Origin: an uncultured Verrucomicrobiae bacterium
GTDB lineage: Bacteria > Verrucomicrobiota > Verrucomicrobiia > Chthoniobacterales > UBA10450
Length of the DNA stretch: 64,000 nt
Reading direction: 5' to 3'
NCBI GenBank assembly: GCA_963815455.1
Contig: CAWFGO010000002.1
Coordinates: 576,001-640,000, forward strand
This document shows, one piece after another, positions 1 through 11,852 of the stretch. The translations under genes were made by a program, and so were the position numbers. The notes below the pieces were generated by a model that did not search any database, had not been told where the DNA came from, and saw nothing but the letters and a program-made list of their open reading frames with translations. Each line of letters starts with the position of its first letter. Position 1 is the stretch's first letter.

Positions 1-998
1 AAGCCCGGTCGCTCTGAATAACCATTGACGGTACTGCGATGTGATATTGAGTGCCGGCGGCCACGCGCGGATGGCCGAGATTCACAAAGGAATGCGGGTT
101 GGGTGTGTTAGGCCCGTAGATCGATGTGCCCGAGCCCGGAATGAAGAGGGCGCTCTGAGCTCGACGAGACAAATGGCCAGTCGTTGATGAGACCGGGATG
201 GTTGCTGCTACGAGCGTCTTTAAGAAACGCCGCCCCACTTTTGCTTCGTTGCCATTGGCCGAGATGGCGCGGTCGACACTGTAAATGTCGGCCCGATCCT
301 CGTATTTGGCGAAGACAACGATATCGGTCTTGTCATCTCCTGTGCCGGCGAGCATCCAGGCGGTCTTTTCCGCCGCGTCGTTCGACGCGCCCGCGTTGGT
401 ATTGCCGTAGCTGGTTCCAACTTCAAGCCCGCGGAATTATGCTTATAGAAGAAGACGTTAAACACGCCCGCTACCGCGTCTGAGCCGTAAATGGCCGAAG
501 CGCCGTCCTTCAAGATATCGACATGATCGACCAGCTCAAAAGGCAAAGGACCAATGTCCACTGAGGTTCCGCCCAAGGCGGTGCCGTTCAAATTCGGGGC
601 CACGCGCCGGCCATCAACCAACACCAGGGTCTCTTTAGGCGAAAATACCGCGCAGGTTAATTTCCACGCGGCCGTCGCCACCGTTGGAGATGTTTTGGTT
701 GATGCTGAATCCGGTAACGCCGGGAAGTTTCTGCACCAGGTCCGTTGTCGTACGGACACCGATTCGGCGGATGTCTTCCGAGCGATAAGTATCCACCGGA
801 TTCGGCCCGACCTCTTCGGCCGTAGGGATGTTCGAGCCGGTCACGATGACGCGCTCGACTGTGGCTTCGCCACCCGCTGGGGCGGGAGCGGCGGGTTCCT
901 GAGCGAAGGCGCTCACAGCGGTGAGGAAAGGAATTCCAGCGACGACTACGAGAGCCGCGCGAACGAATCCTAACGTTTTAAGGTACGTTGTTGGTCAT
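1..998 (-). CDS. TonB-dependent receptor, N-terminal part (signal peptide, TonB box, plug); frameshifted, runs off the window
   Basis: ORF 635-916 has ERVIVTGSNI and INLRG. The overlapping frame 220-759 continues with TLVLVDGRR and VDILKDGASAIYGSDAVAGV (plug motifs). ATG at 998 follows a GGAG SD. Several 1-nt shifts. Confidence 0.85.
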
Positions 999-1289
999 TA
1001 GTTTCTCCATGGGTTGGGTTAGGTTTGCGCTACCGATTAGTGAAGATTTCAAGGTCTGACAAGGTTTTTTTTCAATTTTTTGAAAATAATTTGAACGGGC
1101 AAGACCGGGGTTTGTCCCCGGCATTCCTCGTTTTTTGCCTTTTTAGCTAAAATCCGAGGGCTTGCCTAGATAAAAATAAAAGAATTTTTAGGCCCTTTTT
1201 TGGGGGCGCTAGGGGCCCGAAAATCACAGCAAAACGTGGAAATTTTTGTTTCGCATGGTCCGCGGCGGGGTGGAAATGAAATAAATTAT

Positions 1290-1670
1290 ATCGGCTCGAA
1301 ACACCGCACAATTAACAACGAATTGAGATCACGATCAAGACGACGATTGCGCCGAACAAGATCAGCCGCAGCCGATTCTGGCGAATGTGTCCAAAGCAAA
1401 ATCCAGCGCGCAGGCGTAAAAAAGAAGAACGGAACCGTGGCGGCGCAAAGCAGTCTGCCGGAGGTGAAATACGGATGTTGGTTTGAAGGCATGGGCCAAA
1501 ATCGAATGCCGATCGAGAGCCAGGGCCATGAACGCTACCAGGGCCCCAAAGCTGAGCAGCGCCAGCCAGGCCCTGACGCTGCAAATCGCGAGCGCACGAG
1601 AAGCGCTGTTGCCGTCAGGCCAAACGTCAGTCAACTCCGGCCAAAATTCTTTTGCGATGCCGAGTTCCAA
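1290..1670 (-). pseudogene. Degraded fragment of a polytopic membrane protein
   Basis: Hydrophobic segments are spread over three frames (LLSFGALVAFMAL / FDFGPC / HPYFTSGRLLCAATVPFF / RLILFGAIVVLIVIS), with no intact ORF. Confidence 0.4.
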
Positions 1671-1788
1671 TTCAAAATGCCCAGTCCCGAAACAATCCCG
1701 AACAAGAAAAACAATGTTCGCCTAGGCTTCGATCGAATCAATCATGAAACCATAAAAAATGTGTGTCTTCGAGTCATATGTGTTCGCC

Positions 1789-3665
1789 CTAAAAGCGTAA
1801 TGGTTCGCCGCGACGAAATAATTCCGCGCAACGGCGCAGACTGTTGGCCATCGATTCGTCTCTATTCGCTTCTGCCATGCGTTCGCCGCGTTCCGCGACC
1901 TCAGCTGCTTCGGTGAAATGATTATTTTCGGCAAGAGCGGCTGCCAACGTGCGCAACGCCCGAGGAGTTTCGCCACCGAATAGAATTGCGCGCTGGGCCA
2001 AGTTCCGAGGCCTCCTTGCCGTCGCGAAATTCGGGATCGGAAGCGGTGGCCAGCACCCAGGCCAGATTGTTGGCCGCGTCAACGTTTTCCGGATCGAACG
2101 ATAGTGTTTGCCGCCAGACCGCGACGGCACTGCGCAGTTCGCCTTTGTTCGCGAGCAGAGCGCCAAGATAATTGCTGGCCTGAATATTGTCCGGTTGAAT
2201 GCTCAGAGTTTCTTGAAAGTGCTCGATCGCGGCGTCGAACTTTCGTTGGCGGGCCAACGCCATAGCCAACCCATAATGCGCGGCCACATTTCCCTCGCGC
2301 AAACTGAGGGCACGCTCGTAGTGTTCGATGGCCGCATCCGTTTGACCGCGAACAAATAGGATTCCAGCCAGGCCTGCGTGAGCGACGTCGTTATCGGGCG
2401 TGACCGCCAAAGCATGGGTCCACAACGCTTCGCTGTCGCGCCAATGTTGTCGTCTGTTGCCAAGACAACATAAACAAGCTGCTAAGAACGAGCACGGCGA
2501 CCGAAGAGAGGACAGCTGCTTGCCGTCGCCATGATTTCGTCAGGTCGCGCACGAGCCACACCAGCATGATGTACAACCCGATTTCCGGAAGATATGTGTA
2601 CCGATCGGCATGTCCTTGCAGGCCCACTTGCACCAGCCCAATCACGGGCAGCAACATGACGCCGTACCACAGCCAACCAGATTAGAATGTACGGATTTTT
2701 CCGGCGCCGCAGGAGGGCGATGATCGTAATGGCGACGAGCACAGTCGTCGTCGCCAGCAGGCGCCAACCCGGGAACCGATTTTCGGAATGAACATAGAAC
2801 GAAATGAGATGGACCGGCCAAAACATCTGCCAAACATAATCAACGTAGCTGACTACGGCGTTGGTAACCCGCCACTGAAACGGCAAATGTTCGGTTGAGC
2901 CGAGCGCCAAATCTTGGGCCACAACGTCGCCAGACAGGAGCCAATCGACAGAGCGAACAACGGAATCTTCTCCGCCAGCAACGTGACAATTGCGGATCGT
3001 GCTGCGGCACGGCCTCTAATAATCTGAGCGGCCAGTAGTCTATTAATAAAGATGATCGGCGTTGTGACCAGCATCGGTTTCGACATCAGGCCGCAGGCCA
3101 GCAGGATCGACATCGCCACGTAACCCCCAATCGACGGCCGCCGAACGTATCGGCCGTAAGCGATCAGCGTGAGCATGAAAAACACGCCACTGAGCACGTC
3201 TTTGCGCTCGGATATCCAGGCGACCGATTCTACTCGCAGGGGGTGAATTGCAAAAACGGCGGCGACGAATGCACTCATCCATAGACTGCCGGTCATTTGC
3301 TCGAGCGCGATAAAAAGCAGGACCGCGGCGACGCTGTGCAGCAACACATTTACGAGATGATGCCAGCCCGGTTGGAGCCCGAACAACTGGCAATCCAGCA
3401 TGTGCGAAATCGTGGTGAGCGGGTGCCAGTTTTGGGAATGAACGTGCGTGAAAGCCCAACCCACGCCGTGCCACGTCAGCCCGGCGTTGACGTGAGCGTT
3501 TTCGATCACGTATAGCGGATCGTCGTAATTGACGAATTGAAATCCAAAGGTCTGCCCAAAGACCGCCCAGGTGATCGCGACAAGCGCGAAGCAGATCGCC
3601 AGTTTCCGATTAAATTTACCGCGCACGATTGCGGTTGAATTAAGATGTGTGCGCGGCTCGCGCAA
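1789..3665 (-). CDS. TMTC-like multi-pass membrane protein with C-terminal TPR repeats (putative GT-C glycosyltransferase); about 4 frameshifts
   Basis: Consecutive ORFs give FVNYDD, NWHPLT, FAIHPLRVESVAWISERKDVLS, SKPMLVT and HADRYTYLP, then TPR repeats and ANNLAWVLAT. Confidence 0.8.
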
Positions 3666-3704
3666 ACGAGATGTCGATCCTGCGGGTTGGAGAGCGGCTG
3701 ATAA

Positions 3705-5009
3705 TCATGCCTTGGGGCCGGCGATTCTAAGAATAGCTGCGCCGATGATTCCGGCGGCCAGCGAGCCGGCAAGGATGCCAAGCTTGGAAGCGGGAACCAG
3801 GCCGCTGTCGCTGAAAGCGAGCATGGCGATGAAAAGCGACATGGTGAAACCGATTCCGGCCAGCCAGGCATAACCGAACAGCGACATCCAGCGAACTCCA
3901 GCTGGGAGATTCGCCAGACCGGACTTCACAGCGACCAACGCGGCGGCCATTATGCCGAGCGGCTTTCCGATAATCAGCCCAGCCAGAATCCCCAGCGCGA
4001 TCGTCGCGTGCTCGATCGGTCCCCCAATTCGAACCCCGGCATTGGCAAACGCGAACAGCGGCATAACGACAAACGCCGAGAAATTATGCAGCGCGTGCTC
4101 CAGCTTGAGAATCGGCGCGGTCACGCCTTCGCTGGCGTGCTCGAGCGAAAAGAGCGTTTCCTGTTGTCCCTTGCTGGTCAAAACGAGGAGGTCGCCGGTC
4201 TCGGTTCGGTCGAATTCGTCCAGCAACCTGCGCGCTTCGCTGGAAAATTCCGCTGCGTTGATTCGGGTGTGGGCAGGAATCGTGAAGGCAAGGATCACTC
4301 CGGCCAGGGTGGCGTGAACGCCCGATTCGTGCACAAAATACCAGAGAAAACCTCCGGCCAACAAATAAGGCCACAAAGGCCGAACGCCCAATCTATTGAG
4401 TCCAATCAACACGACCATGACCGCGGCGGCGGCGGCCAGCGCGCCCCATGCGATGTGGCTCGAATAAAAAAGCGCGATGACGAGAATTGCGCCCATGTCG
4501 TCGGCGATGGCCAGAGCAGTAAGAAAAACTTTGGCGCCGATTGGGGCGCGCGGAGCAATGATATTCAGCGCGCCCAAGGCGAAAGCGATGTCGGTCGCCA
4601 TCGGAATACCCCACCCGCGCGTCCCGGCACCGCTGGTGTTGAACATCAAATAGACCGCAGCGGGCACAATCATCCCGCCCATGGCACAGGCGATCGGAAG
4701 AGTTGCCTGTTTCCGAGACGATAATTCGCCGGCGATCAGTTCGCGTTTTATTTCCAGCCCGACCAAAAGAAAAAACACGGCCATCAATCCGTCATTGATC
4801 CAGTGGTGCAGGCTTAACGAAAGCGTACGATCGACAATGCCAATCGCGAATGATGTTTGCCAGAAGCGCTCGTAACCTTCGGCCCAAGGGGAGTTGGCAA
4901 TGGCCAGCGCTGCTAAACCGAAAACCAACAGAACCAGACCGCCGAAGATTTCAGTTCGAAAAAAGCGCTGAAATATCGTCAGCGGAATCTTCTGCAACGG
5001 GATCGGCAT
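3705..5009 (-). CDS. nhaA: Na+/H+ antiporter NhaA
   Basis: WINDGLMAVFFLLVGLEIKRE, GWGIPMATDIAFALG, LAIADD and GIGFTMSLFI motifs. The ATG at 5009 overlaps the upstream stop. Confidence 0.95.
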   Translation of the reverse strand: MPIPLQKIPLTIFQRFFRTEIFGGLVLLVFGLAALAIANSPWAEGYERFWQTSFAIGIVDRTLSLSLHHWINDGLMAVFFLLVGLEIKRELIAGELSSRKQATLPIACAMGGMIVPAAVYLMFNTSGAGTRGWGIPMATDIAFALGALNIIAPRAPIGAKVFLTALAIADDMGAILVIALFYSSHIAWGALAAAAAVMVVLIGLNRLGVRPLWPYLLAGGFLWYFVHESGVHATLAGVILAFTIPAHTRINAAEFSSEARRLLDEFDRTETGDLLVLTSKGQQETLFSLEHASEGVTAPILKLEHALHNFSAFVVMPLFAFANAGVRIGGPIEHATIALGILAGLIIGKPLGIMAAALVAVKSGLANLPAGVRWMSLFGYAWLAGIGFTMSLFIAMLAFSDSGLVPASKLGILAGSLAAGIIGAAILRIAGPKA

Positions 5010-6296
5010 TACTTGTTGCCCTTGGGATCGGGAGTGACCTGCGCATTCTGTTCGGCAGGTGGATTGTGCCGGTGCCGCCATTTTGGCTCCGGATGCCAAC
5101 CGATCAACGCCAACATGACAACGAAGCCAGCCACATAGGCGACAACAACGAACCATCCGTGCTTCAGCCATCCGCCAACCGAACGCACCTCGGGAAACAT
5201 GCTGGAGAGGGCCACGCCGGCCGACGACCCAAACCAGATCATCGATCCACCGAAGCCCACCGCATAGGCGAGCGGTCCCCAATCGTATCCACCCTGTTTT
5301 AGTGCGAGCGCGGTCAACGGAATATTATCGAATACAGCCGATAAGAAACCGAGGCCGAACGCGGTTCGAGCAGAGGCAGCCGGCAAACGCTCCACCGGCA
5401 TCATCGACGCGATCAGGACGAGCGAGAGCAGAAAGACGGAGGTCTTCAGCGCGCGGGGAAGAATTTCCCAATCGGGGCGGCGCATTCCCGAGGAAACCAG
5501 GATTGCCACCCAAACCGCGGCGCCGATAAATGGAAAATGATCGCTGTACTTCAGGAAACTTCAGATTCACCGTCACGTTTGTTATCATGGCCAGCACCAG
5601 AATCAGGCCGACGATGCCGATTCGCATCCAGTCCACCTGAGTGTGTTCGTGGGCGTGTTCCAGGATCGGCGAATATTTATGTTGTTTAATCGCGGCCGGT
5701 ATCCCGAAGACGAAAAGGGCGACGGTGGCAGCGATGATTGCTTCAAAAACTTGCAAAGGCGAGACGCCGGCAATCCACATCATGGTCGTGGTGGTGTCGC
5801 CTAAAACGCTCCAGGCCCCGCCCGCGTTCGAGGCCGCGACAATTGCGGCCAGATAACCAATGTGGACTTTTGCGCGGAAAAGTTGATGTGCCATCGCGCC
5901 GCCGATTAACGCGGCAGCGATGTTGTCGAGAAAACTGGAAAGAATCCACACGATCACAAGCAGGAGGAAACCGCCCTTCCAATCGTGCGGAAGATATTTG
6001 GGCAGAACCACCGGCAGGTGGCTCTTCTCGAAATGGCGCGACAACAGAGCGAACCCCATCAGCAAACAAAGCAGGTTCACCAGGATGACCCATTCGTGCT
6101 CGAGGTGAGAGGTGAAGCCCGGGATTCCCTGGCCAGTTTTGAAACCGGTGAACAGAATCTTGTAAGTCGCGATTGTCACCAACCCGGTGAGCGCCACCCT
6201 CATCGTGCGATGATGGAAGACCGCGACGCCAAGCAGCGTCAGTCCAAACAAAATGAAATCGATGGAAATGCCGAACACCGCCGGATCTTTCGGCAT
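5009..6296 (-). CDS. Ion transporter superfamily (CitM/NhaD-like) permease; frameshift near 5530
   Basis: LSSFLDNIAAA and SNAGGAWSVLGDTTTTMMW; the C-terminal frame has GFLSAVFDNIPLT and GGSMIWFGSSAGVA. Confidence 0.85.
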
Positions 6297-6461
6297 CGCA
6301 GCAATGGCGTGAGATGGAATGTCCACAATTGATGTTTGTAGCCGGGAAATGTGCCTCGGGCCAGTGCGAACAGGAGAACAGGCCAGGGCGCGCGGCATTT
6401 CCGCAATCGTCAAACGCTGCGCCTCTGGACATTGTGAGGCAACATTCCTACGATAGGCGTC

Positions 6462-7059
6462 ATGTTTGCAGGCCTGATCGAGGATATCGGCAACGTGCTT
6501 TGGATTCGCGGCTACCGACAAAGGGACGGAACTGCAAATCGCCGCGCCGCGCATTGGGAAAAAACTTCGCACCGGAGACAGCGTGGCAGCCAACGGTTGT
6601 TGCCTCACTCTGAGCGCACATCGGGCCGAACAGCTCACCTTCGATCTGCTCCAGGAAACGCTTGATCGCACAAACCTCAAGACGGTCCGGCGCGAAAGCC
6701 CGGTAAATCTGGAGCGCGCGCTCGCTGTCGATGGTCGTGTTGGCGGACACTTCGTCCAGGGCCACATCGATTGCGTCGCGCCGATCGTGGCCTTCGCGGA
6801 AAGCGGCGCCGATTTCCGCCTTGAAGTCGAATTACCCGGCGAATTCGCCCATTACGTCGTCCCTAAAGGATCCATCGCCCTCAACGGGATCAGCCTGACG
6901 GTGGCCGAAGTATTGCCTGCAAGCTTCGTGGTCTGGATCATTCCCCACACCAAGCGCCATACCAACCTCGACCGGGCTCGGGCAGGCGATTCGCTCAACA
7001 TCGAGTTCGACATTCTCGCCAAGTACGTCGAACGGATGTTGCCGAAAACTGAACGCTGA
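6462..7059 (+). CDS. ribE: Riboflavin synthase (alpha chain); frameshift near 6510
   Basis: MFAGLIE N-terminus, then [36 protein letters not shown] and [11 protein letters not shown]. Confidence 0.93.
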
Positions 7060-7071
7060 CTTGTTCTGCCG

Positions 7072-7163
7072 GTCATCCCGAGCGCAGTCGAGGGATCCCG
7101 TGGTGATACGGGAATCTAACGCAACGGGATCCTTCGACTCCGCTTCGCTCCGCTCAGGATGAC
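7072..7163. repeat. REP-like palindromic element (GTCATCC(C/T)GAGCG...GCTCAGGATGAC family)
   Basis: Inverted ends GTCATCCCGAGCG / CGCTCAGGATGAC with inner GTCGAGGGATCCCGT / ACGGGATCCTTCGAC arms. It lies between convergent genes and has a second copy at 10039. Confidence 0.85.
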
Positions 7164-7217
7164 AAGCATTTTCGCTCTCTACTCTACTATATATATATGG
7201 AGAGAGCGTGCGCGAAC

Positions 7218-8609
7218 TCACTTCGCCCCGGAGCCAAAGATCACGGCGGGAACTGTCCGCAGCAAAATCTTGAAATCGAGCGCCGAGCGACCAGTGATCG
7301 ATGTAATCGAGATCGAGTTTTACCCAATCGCCAAAATCGCGCACCTGATTGCGTCCGCTGATTTGCCAGAGACAAGTTAGCCCCGGCTTAACGCTTAAAC
7401 GCCGGCGCTGCGCGGTGTTCTCGAATCTTCTCGACCTCGTACAACGGCAGAGGACGCGGCCCGACCAGGCTCATCTCGCCCATCAGGACATTAACCAATT
7501 GGGGCACCTCATCAAAGCTCGTTCGCCGGAGCCAGTGCCCGAACGGCGTAACACGCGGGTCCGCTTCAACTTTGAATACCGGCCCGCTCATTTGATTAAA
7601 CGGTTCCAGCTCGGCCCGACGCATCTCGGCGTCGTTCGCCATCGAGCGAAACTTGTGCATGACAAATGGTTTTCCGTGCTTGCCCGCCCGGCTTTGGCGA
7701 AAAATGACCGGCCCAGGCGACGTGATCTTTATGATCAAAGCGACAATCGCCATCGGAATCGCCAGGAAAACGAGCGCCACAAACGCGCCAATCCAGTCGA
7801 TGACTTGCTTGATCAGCAAGGTCCAGGAAACATCCGGAGTTGTTCGAAACACGAGCATTGGCCGGCCGCCAAAGGCGTCAAAATCCGGCTTGGCAATCGC
7901 CGTGCGAATGAAGTCGGCCGCTAGCCATGCCGGCACACCCTCGACCTCACAGGCGCCGATCGCTTCCTCGACGCGATTAAGCTGGCTATGGCCGGCGGCA
8001 AAGATGACGCGCGACACGGCGTGCCGATGCATCGCTTCCACCAGATCCGACAACGGCTGCTTGTCGATGTCGATCCTGGCAACGACAGCGATCAACAATT
8101 TCTGCTCCGGCGGAAACGAACTCTCCAGCGCAGCAATATCTTCGGGAATGCCGGCCAGAACACCGGCTCGCGCAGCTCACCCCGCAGGGCTTTCCCCGAA
8201 TCCGACTAACAATAATGCGCTCCTTGATCAGGAGCACCAGCGTTCCGATCAGAATAAAGAGCAACGGCACCGATCGATTGGCCAAGGGTTGCCGGAAGAA
8301 AATAACGCCTGCGCTCACCATGATGCTCAACCCGATCATGGCGCGGACAATCTGGCCGAACGATTTCCATTTTCCCTTGTTAAGCGGCGATTGGTAAAAA
8401 CCTTGCAGCTCCAGAAAGATCGGACCGAACGGCATGATCACGATTAACAGCCAGTGATAATTTCTGAACGGATCGATGGTGTTGCTTAGGGCAAACCATT
8501 CCGTGCTGTAAGCGCGCAAGGTGTGCGCGAGCCAGAGTGAGATGGCCAGAAGGAACGCATCAATGATCTGCTGCAGCTGCGTGTTTAGTTCCTGTCTTTG
8601 TGTGAGCAT
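7218..8609 (-). CDS. Polyprenyl glycosylphosphotransferase (priming sugar transferase, WcaJ/WbaP-like); frameshifted
   Basis: N-terminal TM helices, then [53 protein letters not shown] and [13 protein letters not shown]. Confidence 0.9.
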
Positions 8610-8660
8610 GCTAGAAAAGAGCGTGTTTCCGGCTCCCTAATTTCCAGAATCGCTAAGTAT

Positions 8661-9356
8661 ATGACAATGCCCAGATCGGTCAAAAGCCGCTGCTACATCG
8701 TCGGCGTAATCGCCACGCGCGCCGATTTGCAACGCGCTCTCCGAATGCGCAAGCCGCCCGACCTTTTCGAACTGCGCCTGGACTGTCTCGTCGGGAACCT
8801 CGACGAATTGGAAGCGAAATTGTCGATCTTGTCCGCCCGGGCCAGGCGGACGCCGCTGATCATCACCGCGCGCGACCCGCGTGAAGGCGGCGCCAATAAT
8901 CTCTCCCGGGCTAAACGCCGCAAGTTGCTTTCCCGCTTCCTGCCACGCGCCGGCTTTGTCGATGTTGAGCTGCGGTCGGTGGCGGCTTTCCGCCCCCTTC
9001 TCGAACTCGCGCGCCGGAGAAATGTGCGTCGGATTATTTCGTTTCATGATCTCAAATCCACGCCTGATTCGCGCAGCTTGCGTGCCAGAGCCAGGGCAGC
9101 CAAATCGGCCGGCGCGGACATTTTCAAAGTCGCAACCCGGACCGATAATCCCCGCCAGCTCGCACGTTTGCTCGATTTCATCGCGACCAACGATGTCGAT
9201 GTTGCAATAAGCGCGATGGGTATCGGCAAACTTGGCGCAATATCGCGCATGGCAATTTTGCGCTGCGGTTCCGTGCTCAATTACGCTTCGATCGGTCGAT
9301 CACTGGTCGAAGGTCAATTGTCGATCCAACAATTGCGTTCCGCGCTGGGGCGTTGA
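8661..9356 (+). CDS. aroD: Type I 3-dehydroquinate dehydratase
   Basis: DLFELRLD, LIITARDPREGG, VDVEL, IISFHD, ADIFKVA, MGIGKLGAISR and GQLS motifs. Confidence 0.85.
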   Translation: MTMPRSVKSRCYIVGVIATRADLQRALRMRKPPDLFELRLDCLVGNLDELEAKLSILSARARRTPLIITARDPREGGANNLSRAKRRKLLSRFLPRAGFVDVELRSVAAFRPLLELARRRNVRRIISFHDLKSTPDSRSLRARARAAKSAGADIFKVATRTDNPRQLARLLDFIATNDVDVAISAMGIGKLGAISRMAILRCGSVLNYASIGRSLVEGQLSIQQLRSALGR

Positions 9357-9399
9357 AGATTGCACGCAAGGGACGGAACTGAAGGTGAAAAATGGGTCG

Positions 9400-10013
9400 A
9401 TGAAATTACCTGCCGAAGTGCCGGTGATGCCGCTGCCGGGCGCGGTGCTTTTTCCTTACGCATTGCTTCCTCTTTATATTTTCGAGCCGCGCTATCGCGA
9501 CATGCTCGAAAAAGCCCTGCGCCAGCACCGCATGTTTTGCGTGGCCCTGATCAAGCCGAGTTGCCCCAGTGGTCGGCGCCGGAAGATTTTTTTCACGTGG
9601 CAAGCGTGGGCCTGATCCGGGCCTGCGTCGACCGCGGCGACGGAACGTCCAATCTCATCTTGCAAGGACTCGAGCGGGTTCGCTTCACCAGCTTCGAACA
9701 GGAAGAGCCGTTTCCAATCGCGACAATCGACCGGTTAAAATCCGAGGCGGCCGCCTCTGTCGAAACCGATGCCCTCGGCACAAAAGTCCTGGAGATCTAT
9801 TCCAAGTTCAAAGGCAACGGAAAAAAACTGCCTCCGAAGGTGGATCGATATCTCTCCGATCTGAACGATCCGGAAATGCTGGCCGATCTGGTGACCTCGA
9901 CCTTTGTGAGCGATCCTTTGCGTCGCCAACATGTTCTCGAAGAACTTTCGGTAAACGAGCGGCTCCGCCTCGTCATTCGGTATCTGCAGGAAGAGAACGG
10001 CGCCGCGGCGTAG
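9400..10013 (+). CDS. Lon N-terminal substrate-binding domain protein; frameshift near 9560
   Basis: VMPLPGAVLFPYALLPLYIFEPRYRDM, followed in the other frame by DGTSNLILQGLERV and LEELSVNERL. Confidence 0.88.
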
Positions 10014-10038
10014 GCAAAGGTCATCGACCTAACTACCC

Positions 10039-10164
10039 GTCATCCTGAGCGCAGCGAAGGATCTCGCGCTCGCACTCAAAGGTTCACACAAAACTGAAGC
10101 ATGATCGCATGATTGCTCGTAGCGTTGCTTTCTCCCCGGGGTCCTTCGCTTCGCTCAGGATGAC
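10039..10164. repeat. REP-like palindromic element, same family as 7072-7163
   Basis: GTCATCCTGAGCGCAGCGAAGGA ... TCCTTCGCTTCGCTCAGGATGAC inverted arms, between convergent genes. Confidence 0.85.
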
Positions 10165-10235
10165 AAGTATGCGATGCCGGTTTGTGGCGCCTCGACCCAT
10201 TTCAAACCGTCACCCCGCGGCGAGGGACCTCTCAA

Positions 10236-11399
10236 TTAATCTAAGTTGGCCGCATCGCCCACAATCCGTTGATGTTCCTCCAACAAATAGCGATCCGTCA
10301 TTCCCGCGATGTAGTCGCAAACGGTGCGCTGCAAGCCTTCCTTCTCGATCCGTTTGGCCGCAGCTTCACCCAGCATGGCAGGATCGACCATGTAGGCTTC
10401 GAAGACGCTCCGGAGCATTTCACACGCGCGCTGGTTCACCTCCGCCACCCGTGGATGATAATACACGTTCTTATACAAAAATTTCCGCAGTGCGCGATTC
10501 GCTTCCGCCAGTTCTTCGCTATAACGAATCAGTGGCGCCGGCTGGCGCCGCACGCCGTCGGCACTTTTCACCGCGGCATCGGCGATTGATTTGGCGCTGT
10601 TCGAAACCAGGTCGCGGACTTCTGTGTCAATGATGTCGCGAATAACGAACTTGTGCAGGTCGGGCTCCCGAGCGTCGGGGTAACGGGAAATGACTGCGCG
10701 CAGACTCTGTTGCCAGACCGCGTTCTCCTCCAGTTGCGCAGTGCTCAGGATTTCAAAATCGACCGCATCATCGAGATCGTGGCTGTAATACGTGATCTCG
10801 TCCGCCAGGTCGGCCACCTGCGCTTCTAACGATGGACAACGATACTTCTCCGCCCCTGCTTCCGGCATTTCGTGAGAGAGCTCGTGCTTCTGCAAACCTT
10901 CCCGGACTTCGAACGTGAGATTTAGTCCGGAAAAATCCGGATATGGGTTCTCGAGCAATTCGACCACGCGCAGGCTCTGCTTGTTGTGATCGAAACCGCC
11001 GTGGTCGCTCATGCATTCGGCCAGCATCTCTTCGCCGGAATGCCCGAACGGCGAATGCCCCAGATCGTGCGCCAGAGCGATTGCTTCGGCCAGATCTTCG
11101 TTAAGCGACAATGCCCGCGCGATGGTCCGGCTGATTGATGCAACCTCAATTGAATGCGTCAATCGTGTCCGCAAATGGTCGCCGGTCCCGTTCAAGAAAA
11201 CCTGCGTCTTATATTCCAACCGGCGAAATGCGCGGGAATGAATAATGCGCGCCCGGTCACGCTGAAATTCCGTTCGATAGGCGTGACTCGGCTCGGAATA
11301 TTTCCGGCCGCGGGAATCGCCCGATTTCTGCGCGAATGGAGCGAGAATGGAGCGCTCGGTAGCCTCCATCTGCTCGCGCGTCTTCCAACCTTCGTTCAC
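10236..11399 (-). CDS. dgt: Deoxyguanosinetriphosphate triphosphohydrolase (HD domain)
   Basis: FQRDRARIIHSRAFRRLEYKTQVF, RTRLTHSIEV, HDLGHSPFGHSGE and DYIAGMTDRY. Confidence 0.95.
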   Translation of the reverse strand: MNEGWKTREQMEATERSILAPFAQKSGDSRGRKYSEPSHAYRTEFQRDRARIIHSRAFRRLEYKTQVFLNGTGDHLRTRLTHSIEVASISRTIARALSLNEDLAEAIALAHDLGHSPFGHSGEEMLAECMSDHGGFDHNKQSLRVVELLENPYPDFSGLNLTFEVREGLQKHELSHEMPEAGAEKYRCPSLEAQVADLADEITYYSHDLDDAVDFEILSTAQLEENAVWQQSLRAVISRYPDAREPDLHKFVIRDIIDTEVRDLVSNSAKSIADAAVKSADGVRRQPAPLIRYSEELAEANRALRKFLYKNVYYHPRVAEVNQRACEMLRSVFEAYMVDPAMLGEAAAKRIEKEGLQRTVCDYIAGMTDRYLLEEHQRIVGDAANLD

Positions 11400-11409
11400 G
11401 GCACGATTC

Positions 11410-11790
11410 CTAATCGACTGTCGATCCCCGCGATTCTGGCTTCACCTCTTCCTGCAACCGGCGTTGCGCCCGGCGCGATTCGAGTCGAACCATGAGAAGA
11501 TCGAAAAGGGCAAGGAAAAGCGCGGTCAAAGTCAGCCAGCCGCAGGCGATCCAAAACACCAGAAACCCCAGCGGATGTTCGCGCGGACTGAGCGGGGCCT
11601 CCAGGAATGTCGATCCGGCAAGCACGAGCGCCATCGCAGCGATCAGGAGCGCAATCATCGTCCTGCGGCGCGCCTTCTGATCGCGAATCACGCCACGCGT
11701 GGCATGCACGACGAAGGACGCTGTGCGCAAAGGCTTTTCTTCCGGCTCGGTCACAGTGATGATCGATGCTCGCCGACTCCAGGAATTCAC
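11410..11790 (-). CDS. Small two-TM hypothetical membrane protein
   Basis: ORF with two hydrophobic helices, co-oriented with dgt. The start is uncertain. Confidence 0.65.
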   Translation of the reverse strand: MNSWSRRASIITVTEPEEKPLRTASFVVHATRGVIRDQKARRRTMIALLIAAMALVLAGSTFLEAPLSPREHPLGFLVFWIACGWLTLTALFLALFDLLMVRLESRRAQRRLQEEVKPESRGSTVD

Positions 11791-11852
11791 GCAAGCCTGG
11801 ACGCGCGCGAATCAGCTTCTCAGAAGCCGGGCAAACTGCTTCGATAGGGGCG

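Noticed and set aside
1000..1290. Riboswitch or ncRNA in the AT-rich region upstream of the TonB receptor
   Set aside because: I could not identify cobalamin, TPP or other conserved aptamer motifs; it looks like an ordinary promoter region.
1200..1916. 238-aa plus-strand ORF
   Set aside because: No recognisable motifs, TTG start, and antisense to a degraded membrane-protein gene; probably a shadow ORF.
7188..7198. (TA)n microsatellite
   Set aside because: Very short, intergenic between convergent genes, with no evident function.
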